A program made the translations under genes and the position numbers. DNA of 59,520 nucleotides, from the NCBI GenBank assembly GCA_024137785.1, contig JAHRHZ010000084.1, positions 7,217,573 to 7,277,092 on the forward strand, read 5' to 3'. This DNA is from Ginglymostoma cirratum. Taxonomy: Eukaryota. Positions 37,678 to 50,710 of the stretch are shown one piece after another (the stretch's first letter is position 1; every line of letters starts with the position of its first letter). The notes below the pieces were generated by a model. That model was given only the letters and a program-made list of their open reading frames with translations. It was not told the origin of the DNA and did no database searches.

Positions 37678-37818
37678 ATCAAGAAAGGAAGCGGAGGTAA
37701 CAAAGTGACTCACGCCACTCTGCAAATAGCTGATTCCAAGAAATCATCAAAACCCAAACTACAAGACAATTCCGCATTATATGCAGAAGTAAAGGTGACA
37801 AAGAAAATGAGAGGCTGA
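37678..37818 (+). CDS. Exon 7: terminal cytoplasmic exon, motifs VTHATL and ALYAEV
   Basis: ttcacAG acceptor, phase 0; IKKGSGGNKVTHATLQIADSKKSSKPKLQDNSALYAEVKVTKKMRG*; TGA at 37816-37818; paralogous copy at 3009. Confidence 0.82.
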   Translation: MKKGSGGNKVTHATLQIADSKKSSKPKLQDNSALYAEVKVTKKMRG

Positions 37819-37944
37819 GAATCTAAATATATTGGAAAGATGGTAGATATTAATAGACGCAGGTCCAGAGTATTTGGTTAAACGTCGTACAAGCGTCATA
37901 CAACGTGCTCAAACGACTATTGACATTCAATGCGTTCAGACCAA

Positions 37945-38185
37945 GAAAGAATTATCTGGAATAGGTCAGCAGTTCTCGCAGCATCTGTGAAGAAAAAAAT
38001 CAGAGTTTCACGTCCAATGATTCTTTCTCAAAACTCATTTCCTCAGTTCTGAGGAAGGGTCACTGGACCCGAAATGTTAACTCTGATTATTTCTTCACAG
38101 ATGCTGCCAGACCTGATGAGATTTTCCATCCACTTCTGCTTTTGTTCCTGATTTACAGCATCAACAGTTCTTTCAGTTTCTTTTT
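37945..38185. mobile_element. Penelope-derived inverted repeat in the putative 3' UTR, with a hammerhead core
   Basis: CTGAGGA-aGGGTC actg GACCC-GAAA-TGTTA at 38049-38079; a decayed inverted arm lies upstream. Confidence 0.75.
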
Positions 38186-40649
38186 GGGAATAGTTATCTA
38201 TTATGAAATGTAACATGGAAGAATTGTTGGCCAAAAACCAGTCACTGTATATGTAAAACCAATCCAAAATCGGGCACTTCCCACGCGCAGGGCAAAGTTT
38301 TCAAAAGCATTTTCAACTTTTTATAAGTTCAAAACTATGTTTATACCAAAAGTTCTGGTTTTCAAACTTGCAGTTGTTCGTGTGTTTCGACATTGACATT
38401 TATTTTGTAGGTTGTTTGTTGACTTTCACAAAGATAAGTTACATTTGGTTGTTGGACTCGTTCCTGATTGAGCTGAAGGCAATCATTCACTACATATGAC
38501 CTCATTTTTCTGACCTTCTCAGTCTTGGGATAGGTAGACAGGAGCCACTGCCCCAAAAACTCCGCAATTTGCCACAAAACTGTGTTCTTTAGTTATGCAA
38601 GTTCAATGTCTGCTGTTTTCAATAGAGAAACAGACAACCTAACAGGCACAGGGATATAATTAAGTTTTAATCTTAAGGTGAAAACATTATTAAAATGCAC
38701 CGGAACTTGAGCTACTATACTACTGTAAGGAAAATGTATATCAAAATATATTCAACAACAAGTTGAAAATGAATTATGGGCCGCAAGGTTTATGTTAAAT
38801 TAAATCTTTACTAAAAGAGGCGAAATGTGTTGGAGAGAACAGGACAGAAAAACCTACTGAAACACCGAAACAATGTAGTTCTTGTTGCTAAAAGAGGCAC
38901 CCAGTTACAGCCCAATCTCAGAGATCCAATCGAATTAACATATAGTCTGGAAGATGCCCGTCTGGCTGTCGTCCAGAGTTGTGCAGTTTTCATTGTGATG
39001 TTGTAACATGTGCCAGTTCACTGAGTCCAACAAGGTGCAGGGGTACAGGCTTCTGCTAAGAAGAGCTATTTCAGAACACAACAATAAGCTCATGGTTCCA
39101 GAATTGCAGATCAATTTATATCAAGCCTAATGAACTTTTTGAAACAGAAAATAGTCAAGAAGCTTCAAGAACAAGGCATGTGCCCAGGTTCAATCTTCTA
39201 TAAAGATTAGAGGAATTTAGAGACAGCTGGTCACCAAATTTGTAATTGTGTTCAAGAATTTGAATGGCCAGAAGAATCGTTGATTTTCCTTTATGAACAA
39301 AATATCAGGTCTGACCAATATTTACATTGATTTGTTATCTGGTAGCATATTGGCACAAATAAATTGTGGGTCTGTGATATGTCGTTCAGGCATATTATTA
39401 TTTTCCATTTCAGTAGGTGGTGATGCTGATAAGACTACTGATTTTGAAATTTCATCAGTGTGCACGCATCAACTCGCTGCTTCAAATTTGGGAGGCCTCT
39501 TTACCTTGCAGGATAGGTGGTTTGCTGGAGTGAGGGATGGGAAGCAGGAATTAGAGGGTGTAAGCCACCGTCTATCACTCCTTGTGGTTTCTTGAAGTTC
39601 CAACCAGTGACCTGTAGTGTCTCGCTACATTATGCAAGATCCAAACTTAAGCCACGCTTTGCACTGAATATGCAATGCAAGTTATATCTTGCATCAGCCC
39701 CAACATTAACAGAATCTTTCTAACTTTGTTACACACTATCAGTATACAAATCACTCGAGATGCCAAAAAACTGTAACATACAATATACAATAAGACATAA
39801 TTGCAACCATCTTTTGCAACTCAGGTTGGTAAAAAAAAAATGTACATATCTACAGCAATTCTAGTTAAATAAATAAAACAAGAGCTGTACATCTGTGACA
39901 AAAGCAGAAATTACTGTCAAAACTCAGCAGATTTGGTAGTATAGTATGAGGGGAGAACGTGAAGTAAACATTTTTAGTTCAGTGATGATCCAGTCATCTG
40001 TTCTGATGAAGACTGCCCGAATTCTGAATTTCTGACTGACACCCAACTTCTGCCAGAGGTAATGTTCTACCAGACCCTATTGGCTCATACAAGTTCAAAA
40101 CTACATTGATGTACAACATCAAGACGTAACAGATTTCTCACTCTCTAAGTAAGGAGCAATGGAGTGGATACATTTTATAAAATCCATTTTGGGATGCAGA
40201 GTGAGGATATTATCTTTGCCACCAAGGAAATCACAACGCACATCTTCCTCGAATTGATGCAATCTGTGATGAATCCAACTTTTAGAATCATCAAACGCCT
40301 CTTGCCAAAAATGGATACATTTTTGAACGGAATCCATCCTCTTGATGGGTGCAATTCAGATAAACGTAGCACACACAAAACAACGCAATAAAATTACATT
40401 CATTCACTCTCCCATATTCCTTATACAGACTTAAGAAATGAACTTTAATTTACTTTGCAAACTCTTAAACTATTTCAGCCTGATCACATTCTTGATATTG
40501 TGTTCACTATTACATTTTCGTTTCCAGCAGTATAATTACAGTTGAATCAATAAGTTCCATTAGAATGATTTTGATTTTCAAGCCATAAATTTCTTCACAG
40601 TATGTAACAGAATACGATCAGTATATATCAGTGATTCATTACAAACATG

Positions 40650-42850
40650 ACGGACATTGGCATTAAATTGTTAAAGAGTCAATGATAATCATAAAGTTTC
40701 CTTCTCCAGTGTTAATTATTTCTTCTAATCTTTTTTTTTGAAAAGCGTCCCACTGTCTTCTCTATTGATAAATTCATCACCTTGTCATAAGACTGCGCTT
40801 ACTGCAAAGTTTTTAACATTAATTTCCATTCTGATAGACTTTGTAAAATCGGGATGTGGAGGGGGGAGAACGGGACACTAATTTCATTTGCTAGCATCAC
40901 CTTCAGCTTCTTTATGTAACAATTCTGCTAAAGATGCAGCTGATATGCTGATGTTAGTCACAAATGATCATTGAAAATCGCAGAAACACAAACATTTCAT
41001 GAATTCTGTTTGGTTTTAGGAATGAGGAATTTGATGAGAACATTTACTTCCATTGTTCTTAATTTTCAAATTGCAAAGTTCTCCTGGTATTTCGGTTATA
41101 TTGCATTTCAACTTCATTTCAGTTTATATATCCAAATACAAAAACTATATGATATCTTACAACAGTCATATTATTGCCTCAGATGAAATCATCTGCTTCA
41201 ATTTGCATTAGCTAAACAACATTTATTACACTCCTTTTTTATATTCTAAGTAAACTCAAGATAATAGGATAACATTGTACTGTCTGTGCATAGAATCATA
41301 GAATCCCTATAGTGTGGAGACAGGCCACTTGTCTCATCACGTCCACACTGCCCCTCTAAAGAGCATCCCACCCTGACCCATTCCACTCACCTTTCCCTGC
41401 GACCTGTCATTTTCCATGTCTAATCCACCTAATATACACGCCCCTGGACACTGCGGGCAATTAGGTATGGTCAATCCACCTAACCTGCACATCTTTGGAC
41501 GATGGGAGAAAGCGAGATCTCCTGGAGGAAACTCACGCAGACACGGGGAGAATGCACAAACTCCACACAGACAGTCACCTGAGGGTGTAATTGAGCCCAG
41601 GTCACTGGCACTCTATGGTAACAGCGCTAGCCACTGAGTGACCGGGCCAATGCCAATTATTTGTTTCCTTCATTAACCCATCCAATGTCTCTCATTATCT
41701 TTATTGGTTTGCCTTCTTTATTGTAAGACCAATAAAATGTCTTTCCTTGAAATAAATAATCTGGTCTATCCAATAGTCTGATTTTGTATTACAGTATCAA
41801 ATAAAGGTTTTCTTTAATGATTTGAGCTTTCTGTTCCTTCCTACTAGATTACAATGCAACTTGCTCCACGTGCACTACTGCTACAGTTTTAATACTCATT
41901 TCGTTTTCTGATGCATGTTTTTTTTAAGGATTCTTTAGGCTCCTATTCTTGCAATTGGTCTAACATTTCAGCTTTAGTATGCAGGATCTTATTGTAATGG
42001 AGACATATTATTTTCTTTCTGCAAAATTTGAGTTCTAGCCTTTCTCTTATCTTGTTTGGAATTCTTCAGTTCATTTCCTAAAGCTAACATCTTTTCAACC
42101 CAAATAAATGTCTTCTTCCAATTTCCTCGTTGATTTTCATATGGCTAATATCCCACAAATGATGGTCTGTGTGCAATAGCATGGGAAATCGATCAAAATA
42201 TTCTGTAAAATGCAATTCTAAGAACCTTTCAGCCATTTCATTTTCCAAGCTACCTTTTCAAAAGAGATGAAATCTTTTGCCACTCCGTGCTTTGTAAATT
42301 TAGGAACTAATGTGGATTTCTAGTTAAATCGAAGCCCTCAATGCAATAAAAATCCTCTTTTGAGCTAAGACATAATCTTTTCTCAATTCTAAGTTTTGCT
42401 GTATACGAGATCTATTTGCTCATTCAGCCATATGTTTAGTGTTTTTTTTTAAATTTCCATTTCTCTTTTTACTTTCTTCCTTTGCTGCATTCAATTCAAA
42501 TTTTCTTATTTGTTACTTTTTTTCTTTCCTTTTCTTCCCGCATTCTCATCTTTTCCATTGATCCTTTCATTTTTTTTATTCTAGCTGAATTTTAATTCAG
42601 TGGAACATATCAATTTCATATTTTCCATTTATTTAGTCTTAATTGTTAGGTAAACTGTTTAAGCATTTCAAATTTACAAGATTCTACTGTTATTTTCTAC
42701 TTCCAACTTACTCACTTTCTCTCAGTGTAGTCTCAGTCAAAGATTTCAAATAATCTTCAATTACATTACTCTACTCCCAGTAAAGTTTTAACAACAGTCA
42801 AAGCAATCTGCAAATTCCAATGTGTGCAATAACCTGCGAAACTCTTGTTT
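40650..42850 (-). mobile_element. Decayed Gypsy (Gmr1-like) LTR retrotransposon gag region
   Basis: Minus strand ~42227-42313 translates TLVPKFTKHGVAKDFISFEKVAWKMKWLK, similar to Gmr1-like gag LVPKFxExDVxxFFxxFEKVAxxxxWP, preceded by an E/K-rich coiled-coil-like stretch. Boundaries are uncertain. Confidence 0.55.
41289..41645 (-). mobile_element. HE1-type elasmobranch SINE
   Basis: Minus 5' tRNA-like head (cagtggctagcgctgtt..gacctgggctcaatt), conserved body and an (ATTCTATG)-type CR1 tail; colinear with 49300-49618. Confidence 0.85.
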
Positions 42851-43334
42851 CTATGTTCACTAATTCTGTGTCCTTGTTTCTTTAAATTGTTCCCTTTTAA
42901 GATCCCTTTTAAATTCAACATAACTCTACCTCAGATGACCGATACTTTGTTATTGTCCCAGATGACTGCAATACACAACAAAGCACATCTCAGAGTCAAA
43001 TCTGACTACATAGAACATATATTATATTTTGCATTATAACTAGAATGGTGGTCTGCCACTGAACTCAGCAGGTTCTGATTATATATCAACAGAAAAAGAA
43101 AACAAGAAAAGTGAGGGCTGATTGATGACCTGATTAACACTTGTCAAATCAAGAAAGAAACTCAGCACCTCTGGTAGCATGTCTGGGAGTCTAGTATGAC
43201 TCTTTTTTCAGAATTGAAGCGGGCTGGAAAATTGTATTTTTATGATGATGGTGTGTGTACGTGCATGCAAGAGACAGAGAGAGAAACAGAGATGGGGGAG
43301 GTGGAAGGAAAAATGAACACACGTTTAGGGTGTT

Positions 43335-44340
43335 ATGCACATTGGAGCTGAAGTGGACCATTCAATACACCAAGTCTACTTCACCTTCAATGAGGTTATG
43401 GCATATCTAATAATCCTCATCTTCACTTTCCTACCTTTTCGCCATAACCCTTGATTCTATTCTCTATTTAAAAAGCTACCTATCTCAACCTTGAATATCA
43501 TGAAAGCTTCATCCTATACAAGTCTCTGTGGTTAGGAATTCCAAAGATTCACTACCCTCTGAGAGAAGAAATTCTTTCACATCTCTGTCCTAAATGTGCA
43601 ACCCCTAATTCTGATATTGTGCCCTCTATCCTAGGCTTTCACACAAACAGAAACAACCTATCAGCATCTAACCTTTCAGGTACTATACGAATCTTCAATT
43701 TTCAATAAAATTGCTTCTCGCTCTCAATCCCAATGATTAAAGGGTCACCTGACTCAACCTGTCTTCATAAGACAGTGCCTCCATAGGTATCAGGCTAGTG
43801 AACCTTCTCTGGACTACCTCCAATGCTAATATATCTTTCCTTAGAAAACGGATATAGGACTGTTCACAGCTTTCCAGCTTTGGTCTGATTCCTGCCTTGT
43901 AAAGTTTTAGCAGTGTCTCGCTACGTCTGTGCGCCATTCCCCTTGAAACAAATGACAATGTTCTATTTGCCTTCCTTATTAACTGTTGAGCTTGGATTCT
44001 AGCTATTGGAGAATCACGGACAAGGACTCAAAAATCTCTCTATTCTGTAGCTCTTATTTTTACAGTCTTTTTCCAATTAAATATATTTCAGCTCTTCTAT
44101 TCTTCCTGGGAAAGTGCATTACCTCACACCTTTCAAATTATTACCCACTTATGTAACTTGTTTATATTCCTCTGCAAACTCCGTGTCTTCCTCAACTAAT
44201 TGACTTCCCAACTATTTTTGTGCCATTTGCAGCCCTGGTTATAGTATATTCACTTACCTCATCTAAGACTTCAATATATATTGTGAACAATTGTGGCCAC
44301 AGCACTGAGCCCCATCATGGTCCACGAGTTAGAGGTTTCC
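43335..44340 (-). mobile_element. Decayed CR1 LINE 3' ~1 kb
   Basis: ORF 43737-43958 LKLYKAGIRPKLESC..LEVVQRRFTSLIP. Confidence 0.8.
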
Positions 44341-47098
44341 GTGACGACATGTGGAGGAGAGATGTGTAGCAGAGATGTGTTTATTAACCATACCAAAAAT
44401 AACAGCTTGATGTTCTGTGGGGCCATGATACAGGGTCAGATAAAAGGATGTGTCTGAAAGTTAGTGCTCAGCCTATAACAGGTGAATAACAACAGCACCA
44501 TCCTTACCAGCAAGTATGATAACAAATTCCAAGTTAGAACTGAGAAACTGGACAGCAGCAAATTCAGAGGAGCACAGGTTAGAGTATGCTAGGGGAGCGG
44601 ATAAAATAAGGCAGTTGACGTTAAATTGACAATTCTCAACGAAGAAATCAAGCTGAAAGACAGAGGGGAGGCATCAGGAGGAGACGATTGGATGTTGGTG
44701 AAAGAGTCCATGGAGAAGCATAGGGACGCCTGAACCAGAGTTCAACATCATGTTCTGCCTGAAATTCACTGAGATGGGAATGGCACAAAGGGAAAATGAA
44801 ATTTTTGCTTAACAGTGATTGTTCACCATCTGAAGGGAAGTTTAGAGACTGCAAAAACTAAAGTCACAGTGGTCTTCACAGACTATCGGGCTGCTCTCTC
44901 ATTACACAGAGATTACTGGTGGTGGCTTCAACCTGAGGGTCTGCACACTTCAGGCAAGGCAGAGGCTGGGAAAGAGAATCCTTCATGTTGACTTCAATCA
45001 GTGCAGACAATATCTTTGCGATTTTGACACCACTCTCCATTGCAAACATTCAGGGTGACTGACCCACATGAATATAGGGAATACTCATAGGATATAGTGA
45101 ATACGGGGAAAATTGTGGGATTAGAAAAAGGGATAAAGTCAGCGGCAAGGATGGGGAGGAAGTATTCAGAATTACACTGGTATCTGTAACTTTTTGGAGC
45201 TTCTATTCCTTAACACCTCAAAGAAAGAAAAAGCGATTCCTAAAGCTGTGCATTAAACAAATCATAAAGTGGAACTGGTGAGTGGGACGGTGCGAGGTGG
45301 TGCTGATTGAGAGAAAGGTTAAGCGTGTGTTTGTGGTGGCACATGACACTGGATGTGGACGGTGGGATGAGGTGGGAGTGGCTGAGCATTTTTGCTGTCC
45401 AATTTTCTAGCTGCACCCCACCCCATTCCACATCTCGTGAAGTATGAAAGATTATGCCAATCCCTCCTATTATTTCCACCTTCACTTTCATTTCCGCTCC
45501 ATGAAACAAGCCCTCTAAACTAAGCAACCTATCCACTCTTCGGAGAAACATCATTTTCAGGACATTTTGGCCAGATTTTTTGCACAATTTATTCTACATT
45601 GAATTCTACATATGTTACATTGCATCATCTTCTTTGATAAGCATCAGTCAAAATATTCATTGCATTCTCTCGTTTTGAAATATGCCTCAGAGTATAATTC
45701 GCGATTTTGCACCAATAGCTACCACAAAATGTTTTTCCACCTGTTGACTGATCAAAGGCTAGCAGAAGGCTTTACAAATCTATTTAATTACAGCAGCCTG
45801 TCAATTCTTATCCTTTCTTTAACAGTGTTATTTTCATCTTCAATTCTGCTATCAATTCACTATATTTGGTCTGCTCTGTTTATAAATGTACTTATGACTG
45901 TGTGAATTTGAATATGTGTATATTTATACCCGTATGTGAATACGTGCAAGACTGCCTATATATACTAATACATAGTTATGTATATCTGCGTAGGTGTGCC
46001 AGTAACTTAGTTAATTTCAATTCAGACATCAATTTGACTCATGTCCAAGCAATGTCTTTATTTTAAAATTCTCATCCATGTTTTCAAATCCATCTCTAAC
46101 CTTCTTCTTGCTTCAATTCTGAGCTCTTGTCTACCTCTAATTTTCATCGTTAGCGGATATGCTCTGAGCTGCACAGTTGCAAAGCTCTGGCATTCAAACC
46201 AAAAGAAAACTTTGCCTCTTTTAAAGCCTGCTATTGTTCAAGCACCATTATGTGGTATTGTTCAGTGGTTAAAAAAAATTGATAATGAACTGCCTGATGA
46301 CACTTCATACCTACCCTATATAATGCTTTTACCGTTGCATGTGTGAGCGTGCAACGAGCGTAACTGCCTTTCTTTACTTATGTTTTTCTCACCTCAGTTC
46401 GTCGTTTGCGTTTTAAATTATTCTCATTTGTCATTTAATCCATTCTGATTGAAGACGTTGGCCGCAAAGGAATCAATATTTGGCATTTTTTTTCTATATT
46501 GCATAACTGTCACTCAAATGTGAACTCTTGAAAAACCATATACGAAAATACATCAGAACGTTGTTTATTTTATATTAAGTTACTCATTGCAAATACTTGG
46601 AGAACAGAACTCCATCACGTCTAACAGCATAATGGAAACATTTGTGGTTACACATTGCGCCCATCTCACGATGTGCTGGTTAACACCACGATCATGTTAC
46701 CTCATTTGTCCTTCGGAAAAGGTATGAACCAAGAAATTTCTTTGTAATTTCACATCTATCACCCAATCAGTTCTATAATTGCTCCACAATGTCTATGTTT
46801 AGTGATTCCCCAGCGTGATCATTCTGAAAGGTATCACGCAAAGCCATTTTCCTGATTTTACCTCAATCAACATTGTCATTATGAGTGTGTCTTTAGTTCA
46901 ATACCCGCTGCTGCTTCATCTTGGGCCATTTACCGGGCAGGCCTTGTCAGGGGTCTTCAACTTTCGGGACAGAAGTTAGGTTTCAGGAAAAATGGAATCA
47001 AAATCCCATAATTGGCACTTAGTTGAAATACGCATTAGCGATCCCTCCAATTGAGTTAACCAGATGAATTAACTACTGTCAATGTTCAATATAATTCA

Positions 47099-47226
47099 CT
47101 GATGAAGGGTTTAGGCCCGAAACGTCAAGTTTTCCTGCTCCTATGATGCTGCTTGACCTGTTGTGTTCATCCAGCCCCATGCTTGTTATCTCGGATTCTC
47201 CAGCATCTGCAGTACCTTTTATCTCT
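47099..47226 (+). mobile_element. Young Penelope pLTR fragment beginning with an intact minimal hammerhead core
   Basis: CTGATGA-aGGG tttagg CCC-GAAA-CGTC at 47099-47126; one visible mismatch to the arm at 10551-10673; homologous to the 3' end of the Penelope at 58025-58120. Confidence 0.85.
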
Positions 47227-47829
47227 ATCACTTTAGAAAAAAGTAGTTTTCCTTTTTTTTCTGTGAGAACACTTAATCGTGGATGTTATTTTTCCCTTTT
47301 GCACTGATTACTGTATAATTGATTACTTCCAGAGAAATAAATCTCCCTTTATTAACTTGCATGGAAAGCCAGGAAACATTTTGAAAATAAAATGACAGTC
47401 GTACTCTGTTATAATGGAGAATAACTTAACAGTTCAAAAATTTCTCAGTTTGCTGATTTGTCTTCTTTTTTAGGTTGGATATTCCAAAGGAATGCTCCTG
47501 CTGTTATCGAAAATAGCATAGTACAATTCACCTATTGATGTTGTGCTGCATATTTTGTGGTTATTGGAGTGCTTCATCACCATTTCGACATGTTTAACAT
47601 GTCTACGTTTGAAATGTTCCCACTGCAATGTTGGATCCATGGTGGTCAACTGGTACAATATAAAAAGCCTCCACAAACAGGAACATTACGATGAAGAAAT
47701 AAAACACTTCTCTGCAGTTAGTTGAGGGATGAATATTAGCCAGTAAATAATCAATACGATGAATGATTGTGCAAAGCATCTTCTACGCACGTCTTTTTTA
47801 ATTTCACAAGAGGATAACATAATAGCATA

Positions 47830-48110
47830 TCATCTATAAGAAAGTCGCTGCATGACTGCTGAGCAACACACAAGCAACAACACACAGTGTCGTGTTATTA
47901 GGTTCATGCCTCTCACCTTCATTTACACAGTATTTTGCTGCAAAGGGAAACAGAATACAATCGTCGCTGGAGTATGAAGATTCAAAAATGGAACGCTCAT
48001 TCAGTGTTCTGAATTCCACTAAAACCCTGGCTCTGGGTTTACATTGGGAAATGGGGACCGTTTTCCACGGGAGGAAACTTTGTAGCTTAATGCTTGCGAC
48101 TATCTCTTCG
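47830..48110 (+). pseudogene. Possible heavily decayed V exon of a downstream paralog
   Basis: SFSVLNST and cctggctctgggtttacattgggaa resemble TLHVFNVT and ccagactccggaatgtatcattgtaaa (PDSGMYHCK). The position upstream of the C1 pseudo-exon fits, but similarity is weak. Confidence 0.35.
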
Positions 48111-48619
48111 TAATAAGGTCCTTCATGCACATTCAATTCAATAACTTGCAAGAGTCTTTGGGAAATGCTAAATTCCAATCAATTTCACATATGTTATCTA
48201 TATCGCCTTGGTGAAATAAGTATATTTTATTCTAATATAGCATTTCATTAACTTCGTTTTGAAATATTGCTATTTGTGCCAGAGGCAAAAGTGTAAACAG
48301 GTTTCTTCATTGCAAAATCTTATTGCCAGCAGTAGATTAAAGAAATCACTTGCATACACTTGTGATGTTCTCCAAAGCCTTCACAACTCTAAAGTACTTT
48401 TGAAGTTTTGGCAGCAGTTGTGGTGTGATGGATATATGAAATACCAGTAGCAATCTGGTGAGTGACATGCACAACGATTAGATAATCTGGAAGTACCAAT
48501 TCTGAACGGTGCCAGTCAGAACACCAAAAGAGCTCCTTGAAGGATATGAACAATATTTATTATACGAAAGCATAAAACGTATAACTCAGGGAAAAAACAT
48601 TTGTGAACATGAAACTTTT

Positions 48620-50710
48620 TTCTTATTAACTCGTGGGACATGGGACATTAGCATTGCTGGCTAACCAGCATTCATTGCCAATCATTAGCTACCCTTGAGA
48701 AGGTGGTGGTGAGCTGCCTTCCTGAACTGCTGCAATCCATGTGCTGCGGGATGATCCACAATGCCCTTAGGAAGGGAATTACAATATTTTGAGCCAGTCA
48801 CATTGAAGGAACTGTGATATATTATCAAGTCAGGATGGTGAGTGCCTTGGAGGGGAACTTTCAGGTGTTCCCATGTATCTGCTGCATTCGTCCTTCTAGA
48901 TGGAAGTGGTCCAGAGTTTGGAACGTGCTGTCTATGGATCTTGGTTGCATTTCTCCATTGCATCTTGAAGACCACACTCACTGCTGCTACTTAACATTGG
49001 TGGGAATAGGTACTTGTCTATACCATGCCAATCATTTGGGTTACTTTGTTATGATGAGTAGACTGATGGGAAGGGGATTAGCGGTGTAGATATGTCATTT
49101 GTGTGTGTGTGTGTTTACAGGGGTACCTGGGCAAGGTTTCACTTTATCAGTTAGATGCCAAGGTTGTAACTGGACTGGAAGAGCTTGGCTCAGGGAGCAG
49201 CATATTCTAGAGCACAAGTTTTCAATATTGCAGCTGGAAAGTTGTCAGGGTCCGTTGACTTTGTACTGTCCAGCGCTTACACCAATTTGCTCAGAACTTT
49301 AGAATCCCTACAGTGTGGAAACAGGCCCTTCAGCCCAACAAGTCGGCACTGACGCTCAGAGCATCCCACCCGTACACATCCCCCAACAACCTACCTAATC
49401 TACACATCCCTGAACACTATGGGCAATTTAGCATAGACAGTCCATCTAGCCTGCACATCTCTGGACTGTGGGAGCAAAACAAAGCACCCGGAGGAAACCC
49501 AAGCAGACACGGTGAGAATGTACAAACGCCACACAGACAATCGGCTAATGGTGGAATCGAACCTGGAACCCAGGTGCTGAAAGGCAGCAGTGCTAATGAC
49601 TAAGCCACCATGCCACCCTTGCTTGGCAGCACGTGGAACGAATCGAATTGACTGAAGTCTTGTGTCTGTGATGCTGGGGACCATAGGAGCAGACCGAGAT
49701 GGGTCATCCACTCAGTACTTCTGGCTGAATATTGCTGTGAATGTTTCGGTATTATCCTTTGCACTGGTGTGTGAGCTTCATCCAGTATCGTGAATGTGGA
49801 TTTTGTTAACTTCCTCCTCCACCCGTGCATTGTGCAATTGTCCACCACTGTGCACAACTGGAAGCTGCAGAACTACACAGCTTAAATCTGTGGGATCATT
49901 TAGCTCTGTCTATCACTTGGTGCTTATGCTATTTGGATTGCAGGTGGTCCTGTTTGGTAGCTTCGCCAGGCTGACACCTTATTTTTAGGTATGCCTGGTA
50001 CTGCACCTGGCACGTGCTCCTGCACTCACCATTGAACCAGCGCTAATCCATTGGCTTGATGTTAATGGATGAGCAGGGGATATGCCGGACCATGACTTTG
50101 CAAATTGTGCTCGAGTGCATTTGTGATGTTGCTGGTGGCCTACAGTTCCTCATGAATGCCCAGTCCTACGTCTGTCCCTTTTTTCACGGTGATAGTGCCA
50201 CACAACATGATCGAGGGTATTCTCGATATGCAGGGGAGTTTTCATCTCCACAAGCACTGTGCGATGGTCACTTTTACCGATACTGCCATGGACAGATGCA
50301 TCTACAGCTGGAAGATAGCTGGGATGAGATCAGATCTGTTTCTTTCACTATTGTTGGTTCCCTCATAATCTGCCACAGCCCCAGTTTACCAGTTATGTCC
50401 CTTATGACAAGGTTGATCAGAAGTGCTACTGCAGAACCATTCTTGGTTGTCAACATTGTAATCCCCAACCCAGAGTATGTGCTGTACCCTTGCCACCTTC
50501 AGTGCTTTCTCTAAGTATTGTTCAACATGGAGGAGCACTGATTCTTCAGTCCAGATAGGACAGTATGTGATAATCAACAGAAAGTTTTCTTGCCCATGTT
50601 TAACCTGAAGCCATGAGACTTTATGGGACCTGGAATCAAGGTTGAGGATTCCCATATCAATTCCATCCAGATTGTATACCACAGTGCCACCACCTCTGCT
50701 GGGGTCTGTA
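48620..50710 (-). mobile_element. LINE (CR1/L2 clade) with APE endonuclease remnant, internally deleted, containing a nested HE1 SINE
   Basis: ORF 50386-50682 LLIITYCP..VLLHVEQYLEKALKVARVQHILWVGDYNV (GDFN motif); its 3' end at 48620-48700 matches the tRNA-SINE tail. Confidence 0.75.
49300..49618 (-). mobile_element. HE1-type elasmobranch SINE
   Basis: Minus 5' gggtggcatggtggcttagtc..agcactgctgcc..ccaggttcgattcc (A and B boxes), conserved body, CR1-type tail. Confidence 0.88.
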
